Shown: positions 1-9,597 of the stretch, piece by piece
Layout of the letters: each line of letters begins with the position of its first letter
Position numbering within the stretch: position 1 is the first letter of the stretch
Source of the DNA: Pseudomonadota bacterium
GTDB lineage: Bacteria; Pseudomonadota; Gammaproteobacteria; Pseudomonadales; Moraxellaceae
Length of the DNA: 33,857 nucleotides
Reading direction: 5' to 3'
Assembly (NCBI GenBank): GCA_036019135.1
Contig: JAYXXU010000114.1
Span: forward strand, 1 to 33,857
Position numbers and translations under genes: made by a program
Notes under the pieces: model-generated
What the model was told of the DNA's origin: nothing
Databases searched by the model: none
Seen by the model: the letters and a program-made list of their open reading frames with translations, nothing else

Positions 1-127
1 TTGCACGGCTGAAGCAGTTTAGAGCCATTGCCACGAGATACGATAAACTGAAACGTAATTTCGTCAGTCTGGTGGCATTAGCATGTGCCTTCATCTGGTT
101 GCCAATGTGAAACGTCAACAGACCCTA
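1..127 (+). mobile_element. IS5-family insertion sequence, terminal fragment cut by the window edge; holds the transposase 3' end and the terminal inverted repeat
   Basis: Bases 1-127 are the exact reverse complement of 33731-33857. Frame 3 reads ARLKQFRAIATRYDKLKRNFVSLVALACAFIWLPM*, which matches the RxIATRYDK C-terminal signature of IS5-family DDE transposases. The terminus reads ...AACGTCAACAGACCC(TA). Confidence 0.8.
3..110 (+). CDS. IS5-family DDE transposase, C-terminal 35 codons (partial; continues upstream of the window)
   Basis: Open frame from the window edge to TGA at 108-110. It carries the FRAIATRYDKL motif. Confidence 0.75.
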   Translation, partial: ARLKQFRAIATRYDKLKRNFVSLVALACAFIWLPM

Positions 128-301
128 ATCTTTGATGTCATTAATCTGCCAAGAATAGGTTTTATTAAATTCCCCAATCTGACGCTTAAACACCTGCCCA
201 GATACAGGCGGATTTTTATAGCTCATGACAAACACACAGGTGTAAATCGCCCAAGGCTCATAGTCTCGATTCGGTCTGACCCGTTCTAGCTGTTCCATCG
301 G
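125..301 (-). pseudogene. 3' half of a small lipoprotein gene split by the IS21-family insertion
   Basis: The minus-strand frame ...PMEQLERVRPNRDYEPWAIY...INDIKD* joins in phase, through the duplicated CCGATG (Pro-Met), to the 5' half at 2322-2489. The TAG stop (125-127) lies within the 127 bp shared by the two IS5-like ends. Confidence 0.8.
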
Positions 302-388
302 TGTCAACGCCAATGTAAAAATGACCCCCTAGCGCCAGTTTAAAATTGACCCCCCTAGGTCAAACTAGCGGCTTTTTGAGCCGCTGTT

Positions 389-2244
<1,856 letters not shown>

Positions 2245-2321
2245 CCCAAACGATCAAAGGGGGTCAGTTTTAAATTGGCGTTCACGAGGTAAAAGGGGTC
2301 AGTTTTAAGTTGGCGTTGACA

Positions 2322-2489
2322 CATCGGGTTAGTGCGCTCACACTCTTCAACCTCAACATGCAAATTGTCGGTCTTAAAGTTGGTATAAGTTTTAAAGGCT
2401 GATTTAATGTCCTCACCGCTCGGTGGATTGCCTTTGTATGAGCAGCCAGAAAGCAGCAATACGCAGAACACAGCCACAGTTTTTTTCAT
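2322..2489 (-). pseudogene. 5' half of the lipoprotein gene split by the IS21-family insertion
   Basis: MKKTVAVFCVLLLSGCSYKG... contains a signal peptide and an LSGC lipobox. The frame runs ...HVEVEECERTNPM and then enters the IS21 end. The reconstructed gene would be about 113 codons. Confidence 0.8.
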
Positions 2490-2524
2490 ATTCAGATCCC
2501 TGATCGCGCTGGTGACTTGGATGG

Positions 2525-2902
2525 TTACTTAGACTTCATGACGATGTATCCAATCACAGCAATCATGATCACACCGCCAATCACTTGACCCACCACAGGA
2601 AACATCACAGCGGGCCAGACGACCCCTTGACCAAGGTTGTATGCAAAGCTTTTATCGTTGTAATAACCCCAGAAGTGCTGATAAACCGCGAACAGCAAAC
2701 CAATGGATGCGTATATTCCGACCAGTATGAGTTTAATTTGTGTGGCACTCATCCATGTTTCCCCCCCTGCAAACATCCCAACGACCAACCAAATCGTAAT
2801 TACACCAATCAAGAACGGTAGGTTGATCACCCAAATCAAAGCACCAAACACAAGCCAAGCCAGAGCGCAGACAAGTGCCAAACCCACTAAAAACTTAATC
2901 AT
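2525..2902 (-). CDS. Small integral membrane protein of unknown function
   Basis: The 125-aa ORF consists almost entirely of hydrophobic segments (about 4 predicted TM helices). I recognise no family. Confidence 0.55.
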   Translation of the reverse strand: MIKFLVGLALVCALAWLVFGALIWVINLPFLIGVITIWLVVGMFAGGETWMSATQIKLILVGIYASIGLLFAVYQHFWGYYNDKSFAYNLGQGVVWPAVMFPVVGQVIGGVIMIAVIGYIVMKSK

Positions 2903-3021
2903 GGGATGCCAATGCCAAAACGATGAAGTGGAATTTATTCATCAAGATACATTTCAGATTAACCATCAATGTTAGGTCAGCACTGCAACTACAAGCAGGA
3001 TCAACACAGGCTCAGAAACGC

Positions 3022-3273
3022 TTAATTCTTGCACTCTTGTACAACACGTCTTGCGTCAGCTCTAAACTCGTCTGTGGTGCTGTCACCATAAGTGTTGAGC
3101 ATAAATTCCCGAGTGCCATATTTATCGGTGAGCTTGTCAAAGGTGCATTCACAACTACTCACCGCCCGACCCGAGTTGACACACTCACCAACGAAGTGGC
3201 TTTTTTCTTTGCTCATACAAGCGGTGACCGCAAGCGCAGCAGTCAATACAGCGATGGTGTGTAAAATTCGCAT
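3022..3273 (-). CDS. Small Cys-containing lipoprotein of unknown function
   Basis: MRILHTIAVLTAALAVTACMSKE... has a signal peptide with a VTAC lipobox. The mature part holds four further Cys residues. Confidence 0.55.
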   Translation of the reverse strand: MRILHTIAVLTAALAVTACMSKEKSHFVGECVNSGRAVSSCECTFDKLTDKYGTREFMLNTYGDSTTDEFRADARRVVQECKN

Positions 3274-3525
3274 GGTTAGATCTCTTTTATTCCGAATTAG
3301 GATTATTCTGAATTAGAATAAAATAGTCAATCGTATTGTCCCAGCATCATTCAATCAGTACGTCGTATTTTGACGCTCTAACTGAGTTTTGAGGACAGGC
3401 CAACACTGAAGCCAGACCCAGCGAACCACTCTCAATGTGATCGCTGGGCTGTCGGCTTGTTTTATCTAAAAAAACCTAAAATGGTATTATCCCCAGACAG
3501 GATAACACTAGCAGCCTAATTAAGT

Positions 3526-3777
3526 TTGGCTGGACATGTGTTGAAAACCATTCATCAAGATCGTTATGGCCGACTGATTGGCGAGATGGTGAAATTGCGT
3601 AAGGACAAGAAAATGACGCAAACCCAACTGGCGCAGCAGCTGGGCAAACCACAGTCTTATGTCGCAAAGATTGAAACACTAGAGCGCAAGTTGGATATTG
3701 TCGAGTTTGTTGATTGGTGCAACGCGATTGGACAAAGTCCATCTGAATTGTTGCGAGCGCAGCTTGAGGCTGAATAA
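3526..3777 (+). CDS. XRE-family helix-turn-helix transcriptional regulator
   Basis: MTQTQLAQQLGKPQSYVAKIETLERKLDIVEF is a classic XRE HTH followed by the ERxLD motif. The start is uncertain, with a TTG at 3526 and a GTG at 3535. Confidence 0.7.
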   Translation: MAGHVLKTIHQDRYGRLIGEMVKLRKDKKMTQTQLAQQLGKPQSYVAKIETLERKLDIVEFVDWCNAIGQSPSELLRAQLEAE

Positions 3778-3849
3778 GTTGCATTTATAAGCCTTGACCT
3801 ATAAAAGGTTTTAGCTTATATTTGGTGTGTTGCCAATCAGAGTAATGTC

Positions 3850-4197
3850 ATGTGGTCTGTAATACTCGAACAAGAGTTCGAAGATTGGCTGAATAGTTTA
3901 GCCGAAGACGAACAAGACAGTGTTGTAGCGGTTTTGGTCGTATTGCAGCAGCAAGGCCCACGTCTCGGTCGCCCCTACGTTGACACCCTGAAAGGGACGC
4001 ACTTGCCTAACCTCAAAGAACTGCGTATTCAACACAGAGGGTTGCCATACCGCGCTTTCTTTGCCTTTGATCCTGCACGACAAGCGATTGTGTTGTGTGC
4101 CGGTAATAAACGTGGTGATAAACGCTTTTATGAGCGCATGATCCCTTGGGCTGAAGCGATTTATGCACGGCACTTGGCGCAACTGGAGGAACAGTAA
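3850..4197 (+). CDS. RelE/ParE-superfamily toxin (HigB/Gp49-like)
   Basis: The 115-aa protein has LKELRIQHRGLPYRAFFAFDPARQAIVLCAGNKRGDKRFYERMIPWAE, the pattern of Gp49-like addiction-module killers. The toxin lies upstream of the antitoxin, as in higBA. Confidence 0.75.
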   Translation: MWSVILEQEFEDWLNSLAEDEQDSVVAVLVVLQQQGPRLGRPYVDTLKGTHLPNLKELRIQHRGLPYRAFFAFDPARQAIVLCAGNKRGDKRFYERMIPWAEAIYARHLAQLEEQ

Positions 4198-4199
4198 AG

Positions 4200-4499
4200 A
4201 TGGCAAAGCAACTGAATGATTGGATGGCCGCTCAACCCCTAGAGCGTCAAAGTAAAATCTTGGCGAAGGCTGATCAAATTCAAGCCTCTATCCGTCTGGC
4301 AGAACTACGCAAGCAACAAGCCGTCACACAAGCTGAGTTGGCGGAGCGGATGTGTGTTTCTCAAGCGAGTATCTCGCAACTCGAAAACCAAGCAGACGTA
4401 CAGCTATCCACCCTAATGCGCTACGTCCGTGCGCTTGGTGGTCAACTGCGTATCGAAGTCGATATGCCAGACGGCACACATCAGAGTCTCACGATCTGA
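4200..4499 (+). CDS. XRE-family HTH antitoxin (HigA-like) paired with 3850-4197
   Basis: It has the HTH VTQAELAERMCVSQASISQLENQ and a C-terminal LMRYVRALGGQLRIEV. It starts 3 nt after the toxin stop. Confidence 0.75.
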   Translation: MAKQLNDWMAAQPLERQSKILAKADQIQASIRLAELRKQQAVTQAELAERMCVSQASISQLENQADVQLSTLMRYVRALGGQLRIEVDMPDGTHQSLTI

Positions 4500-4556
4500 T
4501 CACCTATTCGAAATAGCTTAACGTGCTTTAAATTCCGTTTCCTGACACGACCCCAC

Positions 4557-4877
4557 CTAAGGGGTATGCGTCTTCACATAGTCCCTCAACACCTGATTGA
4601 TCCGCGTCTGCCAACCTTTGCCACCTGCCTTAAAGGTTGCCAACACATCTGCATCCAAGCGCATTGTGGTCGCGACTTTAGGTCGATCCGATACCGGACG
4701 ACCGACGGTACGGCCAACCGTCTTGTTGCCAACCTTCATCACTGCACCTGCCCAGTCCGCCTCTGTCGTGGCTGGATTGTCCTGATCAAACGCAATCTCT
4801 TCGTCTGTCATTGCAGCCACCCTTACCCAATCGGTCAGATCAACTGGGGTAGCTGCGCCAAAAGTATTTTTACTCAT
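4557..4877 (-). CDS. brnA: BrnA-family (DUF4415-like) antitoxin, copy 1; now an orphan
   Basis: The 106-aa protein ends ...GKGWQTRINQVLRDYVKTHTP. It differs from copy 2 (17950-18270) at 4 of 106 residues. Confidence 0.8.
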   Translation of the reverse strand: MSKNTFGAATPVDLTDWVRVAAMTDEEIAFDQDNPATTEADWAGAVMKVGNKTVGRTVGRPVSDRPKVATTMRLDADVLATFKAGGKGWQTRINQVLRDYVKTHTP

Positions 4878-4950
4878 GCTTGCCCGCCTTACGAATTGAA
4901 ATGATATGGTCGCACTGATTACAGGCAGTATGAACCATCATCACCACGAG
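4840..4950 (-). pseudogene. 3' remnant of brnT (5' two-thirds deleted)
   Basis: Nucleotide homology to the intact brnT at 18233-18343 runs only to about 4950, after which the sequence diverges. No start codon or N-terminal DUF497 region remains. Confidence 0.7.
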
Positions 4951-4989
4951 AGCCCCAAAAGACAATTCAGCGCAACCCCTCATCTTCCA

Positions 4990-5541
4990 CTACGCCCCTT
5001 TAATTGCCCTGTACAGCGTCGCATGATGACAGTTGAGGATTCGTGCCGTCTCACGCACCGAAGTGCCCTCAGCAATCAAACGCTGCCCTAGGTTGATCTG
5101 TTCTGGGGTCAGCTTAGGTGGTCGGCCAAACCGCACGCCTTTTTGTTTAGCAGATACCCGACCGGCATGGGTACGCTCAGCAATCAACGACCGTTCAAAC
5201 TCGGCAATACCCGCAAAGATGGTTAGTACCATTTTGCCAGACGGTGACGTGGTATCTGCCCACGGCTCGGCCAACGACCGTAGCCCCACCCCTGCCCGAC
5301 TAAGCAACTCCGAAATCTCTAGCAAGTCCTGTGTCGAACGCGCTAACCGATCCAATCGCGTCACCACCAGCACATCGCCTTCACGCACATGATCGAGTAA
5401 CCGATTCAGTTCTGGTCGCTGTCGTTGTGCACCGGACAACTTCTCCTCATAGATCCGTTGGCACTCGACCGCCCGCAGCGCACTACGCTGCTGGTCGAGA
5501 TGTTGATCATCGGTTGATACCCGTGCATAACCAATCAGCAT
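4990..5541 (-). CDS. Serine recombinase (resolvase)
   Basis: I prefer the start MLIGYARVSTDDQHLDQQ (catalytic Ser motif) at 5541. The C-terminal HTH is VRETARILNCHHATLYRAIK. The 183-aa length is typical for the family. Confidence 0.88.
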   Translation of the reverse strand: MLIGYARVSTDDQHLDQQRSALRAVECQRIYEEKLSGAQRQRPELNRLLDHVREGDVLVVTRLDRLARSTQDLLEISELLSRAGVGLRSLAEPWADTTSPSGKMVLTIFAGIAEFERSLIAERTHAGRVSAKQKGVRFGRPPKLTPEQINLGQRLIAEGTSVRETARILNCHHATLYRAIKGA

Positions 5542-5590
5542 CGAAAAATCCTCATGTGCGCCGATATGCCCTGACACACCCTGTTTGGGC

Positions 5591-5704
5591 TGTCGCAAAA
5601 CTGTATCGTAATAGTACACTTTCGCACCGTAGTTTTGCGACATCAAAAACTGAGGATTTGCGGTGATTTTGGATTTGTCGCATAACTTACAATTTATGCG
5701 ACAA
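5591..5704. promoter_or_regulatory. Candidate res (resolution) site for the adjacent resolvase
   Basis: Four half-sites of the form TGTCGCAWAA are present. A perfect 11-bp inverted repeat, TTGTCGCATAA-N8-TTATGCGACAA, lies at 5675-5704, and its 28-bp core TGTCGCATAA...TTATGCGACA has the length of a subsite I. A perfect 12-bp pair, TGTCGCAAAACT...AGTTTTGCGACA, lies at 5591-5642. The half-sites resemble the TGTCYNNTA consensus for Tn3/gamma-delta resolvases. Confidence 0.55.
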
Positions 5705-5860
5705 ACGGTGCAGTAATAGCAGCACCTCTGAAACCTATTCGCTTACAGAAAGTTTAACCCTGTTAATGAGACAGTGTGGCCTGTTGCTTGGGAACCAAGA
5801 GCAATCCTTGAGCCACAACTCGGTCGGCATCAGAAAAACAGGCTCACCCCACATCAGGAA

Positions 5861-5897
5861 TGTCGTATTTTTGCTGGACAGTTTGTCGTATTTTTGC
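5861..5897 (+). promoter_or_regulatory. Two 14-bp direct repeats (TGTCGTATTTTTGC) in the abiE promoter region; a possible AbiEi operator
   Basis: The repeats lie at 5861-5874 and 5884-5897, 23 bp start to start. The block is identical in the second abiE copy (about 23536-23572), although nearby upstream bases differ. Confidence 0.4.
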
Positions 5898-5940
5898 AAG
5901 AATAAATCTTGATTTTTTAGTGTCCTAAAGGACTCTTCAG

Positions 5941-6336
5941 ATGACCATTAAACGCCGGATACAAACACGTCTACAACGCTCGAAGCGGTACGTGTTTACC
6001 CGTGATGACTTCAGCGACTTGGCCGGATACGATCAAGTCGGACGTGTGTTACGTGAATTGGTGAAAGACGGTGCATTGCTCAAGATTGGCTACGGTCTGT
6101 ATACCAAAGCCAAGCGCAACAGCATTACAGGCAATCTGATGCCAGCCTGTCCCGCTGGATCAGATGCCGTAATCTTAGAAGCACTCGACCGTCTTAAAGT
6201 TGACTATCTGTTGGATGACAGCACCACCCGTTACCTCAGTGGACAATCCACCCAGATCCCAGCCTTCACCAAACTGCATGTATCTGGACGGTTTAGCAGA
6301 CGTCTGGCAGTCGGTAGTAGTCAATTGAATGCTTAA
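5941..6336 (+). CDS. AbiEi-like antitoxin / transcriptional regulator (type IV TA), copy 1
   Basis: The 131-aa protein has a winged-helix-like N-terminus (FTRDDFSDLAGYDQVGRVLRELVKDGALLKIGYGLY). It overlaps the downstream nucleotidyltransferase gene by 8 nt. Confidence 0.7.
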   Translation: MTIKRRIQTRLQRSKRYVFTRDDFSDLAGYDQVGRVLRELVKDGALLKIGYGLYTKAKRNSITGNLMPACPAGSDAVILEALDRLKVDYLLDDSTTRYLSGQSTQIPAFTKLHVSGRFSRRLAVGSSQLNA

Positions 6337-7321
6337 GCTCACAGAACGTTTTGCTGAAGTTGCCGACGCTCTCGGTATTGGTGCAACCTCAATTGTCGAA
6401 AAAGACTATTACGTGGTCGAGCTACTGGCGTTATTGCACCCTTTACGCTTTGACTCACATCAATTGGTCTTCGCCGGTGGAACTGCACTGGCAAAAGCAG
6501 GAATCCGCCTAAACCGAATGTCGGAAGATGTGGATATTAAGCTGATTCCGAACCATATGTTTTTAGCCAAAAGTAGAACTCAGCGCAAAGCCATTAGACG
6601 TCAGGTGGTACAAGCGATTCAACACGCGATTGAGCAGTCAGTATTGTTTTCCTTCGATCCTGCCGAACCACACACCTACCTCGATGAATATCGCTATGCG
6701 GAGATACCCATTCGCTACCCACAAGCTTTTGCCCAAAGCCCTTGCCTTCGACCCTTTATCAAGCTGGAACTCATTGAGTCCGCACTGATCGAACCCGCCG
6801 AGCCACGTTCAGTCTCATCACTGATATTTGATCTGACTCAATTCGGCACACAACTGACTGACTTTCCAGCTGTTACCGTGCGTAGCACATTGGTTGAAAA
6901 AATTGTCTCGATGCTACGGCGAACCGCAGCAGTGGCGAGAAACAGCGAACGCTCAGATGATCCAGCACTGGTTCGTCACGTGTATGATCACTTCAGAATT
7001 ACGCAAGCTTTTGATTTTGAGCACACGGCATTGATCCCACTGCTGCAAAACGTTATTTCCGCAGATGTGGAGCGGTTTGGCGGGCAACACCCTCAAATGC
7101 GGGAAACGCCACTAGATGAACTGCGCTTTGGGCTAGAGCAACTCACCAGCAACCCGATTCATCAAGAACGCTATCATCACTTCGTAACACCGATGGTGTT
7201 TGGTCAAACCACCGTGACATGGCAAGATGCCTATGAATGCTTTCAGAAATCAGTGACGTCACTACTCGATTCGGTTGAACAGACTAATCAGAGCCGGAGT
7301 AGCTTAAAGTTGTCCAATTGA
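6329..7321 (+). CDS. AbiEii/AbiGii-family nucleotidyltransferase toxin, copy 1 (intact)
   Basis: It contains FAGGTALAKAGIRLNRMSEDVDIKL, the GGTAL ... RxSxDxD signature of the DUF1814/AbiEii family. It is 330 aa long. Confidence 0.8.
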   Translation: MLKLTERFAEVADALGIGATSIVEKDYYVVELLALLHPLRFDSHQLVFAGGTALAKAGIRLNRMSEDVDIKLIPNHMFLAKSRTQRKAIRRQVVQAIQHAIEQSVLFSFDPAEPHTYLDEYRYAEIPIRYPQAFAQSPCLRPFIKLELIESALIEPAEPRSVSSLIFDLTQFGTQLTDFPAVTVRSTLVEKIVSMLRRTAAVARNSERSDDPALVRHVYDHFRITQAFDFEHTALIPLLQNVISADVERFGGQHPQMRETPLDELRFGLEQLTSNPIHQERYHHFVTPMVFGQTTVTWQDAYECFQKSVTSLLDSVEQTNQSRSSLKLSN

Positions 7322-7357
7322 CAACCGTAGACCATTACATGTTGTTATTGGTCAAAG

Positions 7358-8731
7358 TTAGTGTAAGGTGGGGAGTGAAATTTTAAAACTGATATAACCC
7401 AACCCTGTGTCTACAGAAATTTTGCCACCATGTGCGGTCACAATCGACTGCGTGATGGCCAGTCCCAAACCTGTGCCGTCATCAGTTCTTTGGCGCGAGC
7501 TGTCTGCACGGTAAAAACGATCAAATAATCGCGAGGTCTGTTCTGCGGACAGCGGTTCGGATGCGTTAGTAATACTGATTAATAGGCTCTCTTCTTGCTG
7601 TTGAAGCGACACCGTTACACAGCTATCCGCTTTGCCATAGCGAATTGAATTCGAGATCAAATTACTGAGCGCACGTTGTAGCATCAACTGATCGCCGTGA
7701 ATCATCGCTGCGCCCTGTTGAATTAAACGAATCTGTTTGTCATCTGCCAGTGCATCATAAAACTCAAATAATCGACTGATTTCACAGGCCAAATCAACCT
7801 GCTGACGATGCGGAAGTACCAAGCCGTGATCTGCCTTGGCCAAAAACAACATATCGGCAATCATTCGTGCCAAACGTTCGTACTCCTCCAAGTTAGAGTA
7901 AAGTACATTTTGATACGCTGGCGTGTCGCGAGATTTGGATAGACACACTTGGGTTTGTGTCATTAAGTTATTGATTGGTGTTCTTAATTCATGCGCTAAA
8001 TCTGACGAAAAATCTGATAGCCGCGTTACTGTTGACTCTAAGCGGTTGAGCATATCGTTAAACGCATAAGCCAGTGGCAGCAACTCAGTGGGCGAGCGTT
8101 CGATATCCAGTCGATCAGTCAACCGCTGCGCGCTGATACCTTTGGCCACCTGCGCCATCTCGTGTACTGGACGCAACCCACGTCGTGCTGCCAGCCAGCC
8201 TAGTAGAACCAAAATCAGTGTTCCCGTACAACCAATCCAAAATAATTGTTTGCGAAACTGGTGCAAGAAGTGATCGTGATGAGTGGTGGGAATTCCCACA
8301 ATAATACGACGACTCATGACCTGAGCGATGGGTGGATAGTCAACCGCCAGCCCACGATAGCGCTGCTGCTGGCTATGCCACTCCATCATTGTGAGGGATT
8401 GATCTGCACGATTGCTGGGCATACTGGGGAACTGTGCTGCAATACTGGCCAATATCGGTGCACCAATCGGACGCTCAACTTGCACCATCAGACCCTGATG
8501 ACCCACCAAGGCATTTTTGATCTGTTGGCTTAATGCAGCCGTAGTCTGCGGATTTTGCTGCAAAATATTATCAATTAAAACCAATTTACCTTCTAACAAC
8601 ATGCGGTCTTGTTCTTCAAAATGTACCAATACCAACTGATGAATCACACCACCCATCAGGCACAAAATCAAAATAGTTGAAACAGTAAACAATAAGCTAA
8701 TCCGCAGGCTAATCGCTTTAAGTAGCGTCAT
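7358..8731 (-). CDS. cusS: Heavy-metal (copper) sensor histidine kinase, CusS/CopS type
   Basis: It has two TM segments around a periplasmic domain, an H-box ([12 protein letters not shown]) and a G-box ([13 protein letters not shown]). It overlaps the regulator gene by 14 nt. Confidence 0.88.
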   Translation of the reverse strand: MTLLKAISLRISLLFTVSTILILCLMGGVIHQLVLVHFEEQDRMLLEGKLVLIDNILQQNPQTTAALSQQIKNALVGHQGLMVQVERPIGAPILASIAAQFPSMPSNRADQSLTMMEWHSQQQRYRGLAVDYPPIAQVMSRRIIVGIPTTHHDHFLHQFRKQLFWIGCTGTLILVLLGWLAARRGLRPVHEMAQVAKGISAQRLTDRLDIERSPTELLPLAYAFNDMLNRLESTVTRLSDFSSDLAHELRTPINNLMTQTQVCLSKSRDTPAYQNVLYSNLEEYERLARMIADMLFLAKADHGLVLPHRQQVDLACEISRLFEFYDALADDKQIRLIQQGAAMIHGDQLMLQRALSNLISNSIRYGKADSCVTVSLQQQEESLLISITNASEPLSAEQTSRLFDRFYRADSSRQRTDDGTGLGLAITQSIVTAHGGKISVDTGLGYISFKISLPTLH

Positions 8732-9404
8732 GTTCGATCTCTAGCACATAGCCCATGCCGCGAATCGTTTGGATCAGGCGTGGATTAAATCCTTGATCCA
8801 CTTTGCTGCGCAGGCGTTTAATCGCCACTTCGATCACGTTGGTATCACTGTCAAAATTCATATCCCAGACCTGTGAGGCGATCAGCGAGCGCGGCAGAAT
8901 TTCGCCTTGTCGGCGCAGTAACAACTCCAGCAAAGCAAACTCTTTGGCAGTCAAATCAATCCGTAGCCCTGACCGCGTTACACGTCGCCGCCGCACGTCC
9001 ATTTCTAAGTCGGCGACAATCATCATGTCGTCATCACGCTTCTGCAAGCCGCGTCGTAGTAAGGTTCTAATTCGCGCCAGTAACTCTGAAAAGGCAAACG
9101 GCTTAACCAAGTAATCATCAGCACCCAGCTCTAAGCCTTTGACCCGATCATCAACCTGATCCTTGGCGGTTAAAAACAAAACCGGCATGGTAAGACCCGC
9201 TTGCCGAATATCAATCAGCACTTGCCAACCGCTGAGCAACGGTAACATCACGTCCAAAATAATCAGGTCGTAGTGTTCGGACAACGCTTGGTGCTTGCCT
9301 GAGATGCCGTCGGTCATCCAGTCAGTCAGATAACCCGCTTCGGTCAAGCCTTGCTTCAGATAGTCGCCAGTTTTTGGCTCATCTTCCACCAAAAGAATTT
9401 TCAT
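8718..9404 (-). CDS. cusR: Heavy-metal response regulator, OmpR family (CusR/CopR type)
   Basis: It has a receiver domain ([25 protein letters not shown]) and a winged-helix output domain (RGMGYVLE). Confidence 0.9.
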   Translation of the reverse strand: MKILLVEDEPKTGDYLKQGLTEAGYLTDWMTDGISGKHQALSEHYDLIILDVMLPLLSGWQVLIDIRQAGLTMPVLFLTAKDQVDDRVKGLELGADDYLVKPFAFSELLARIRTLLRRGLQKRDDDMMIVADLEMDVRRRRVTRSGLRIDLTAKEFALLELLLRRQGEILPRSLIASQVWDMNFDSDTNVIEVAIKRLRSKVDQGFNPRLIQTIRGMGYVLEIEHDAT

Positions 9405-9469
9405 TGTTGTGCATGCTCCGCCGTGTCACACGCACAGCATACGAGGTATCCGTAGCAACTGTCTGCAAC

Positions 9470-9485
9470 ATGACAAAAATGTCAT
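9470..9485. promoter_or_regulatory. Copper box (CusR/CopR/PcoR-type operator) in the divergent intergenic region
   Basis: ATGACAAAAATGTCAT is a perfect palindrome that matches the ATGACA-N4-TGTCAT core of characterised cop/cus boxes. It lies between cusR (start 9404) and the gene starting at 9598. Confidence 0.65.
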
Positions 9486-9597
9486 TTTCAAGTCATCTAA
9501 CTGTTGGTTCGCACTCTCCAAACTAGCACCTGTGTTCATTCTTGGTGCAATGATTGATTGTTCACCAAAACCAATAAAAGAATGACGGCTGGAGTGC

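Larger units (their letters stand above)
4557..5031. repeat. Dispersed repeat A, copy 1 (brnA, brnT remnant and resolvase 3' end)
   Basis: 4557-4950 aligns with 17950-18343 and 4967-5031 aligns with 18618-18683. The copies show scattered substitutions. Confidence 0.8.
5747..7321. repeat. Dispersed repeat B, copy 1 (abiEi-abiEii with its promoter region)
   Basis: It aligns with about 23421-24996 at an offset of 17675 within the genes. Identity is high but not perfect. Confidence 0.85.

Noticed and set aside
83-289. 68-aa plus-strand ORF from the track
   Set aside because: It starts inside the IS5-like end, crosses the IS terminus, and runs antisense to the lipoprotein gene fragment, which reconstructs cleanly. 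I treat it as a chance frame.
125-313. Idea that this fragment is the missing N-terminus of the truncated Fic-like gene at 32734-33729
   Set aside because: The fragment joins in phase to 2322-2489 across the IS21 target duplication, forming a lipoprotein gene. Both fragments also abut the same (transposase-distal) end of two different IS copies, so they cannot be the two sides of one insertion.
3421-3460. Hairpin CCCAGCGA-N16-TCGCTGGG as a terminator
   Set aside because: The loop is long, there is no convincing U-tract in either orientation, and no gene ends next to it.
4566-4904. Antisense ORFs opposite brnA that recur in both repeat copies (4566-4904, 4597-4785, 17990-18178)
   Set aside because: They recur simply because the DNA is duplicated. 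brnA on the other strand has the recognisable family C-terminus.
5542-5646. N-terminal 35-codon extension of resolvase 1 in the 218-aa ORF
   Set aside because: The conserved serine-recombinase N-terminus (MLIGYARVSTDDQ) begins at the internal Met at 5541. The extension overlaps the palindromic res half-sites.
5675-5704. Possible XerC/XerD (pdif-type) site, as found on Acinetobacter plasmids
   Set aside because: The two arms are identical (no distinct XerD-type TTATGTTAA arm), the spacer is 8 bp, and the site lies directly upstream of a resolvase alongside further half-sites of the same type. I interpret it as res. I found no convincing pdif-like site elsewhere in the window by eye.
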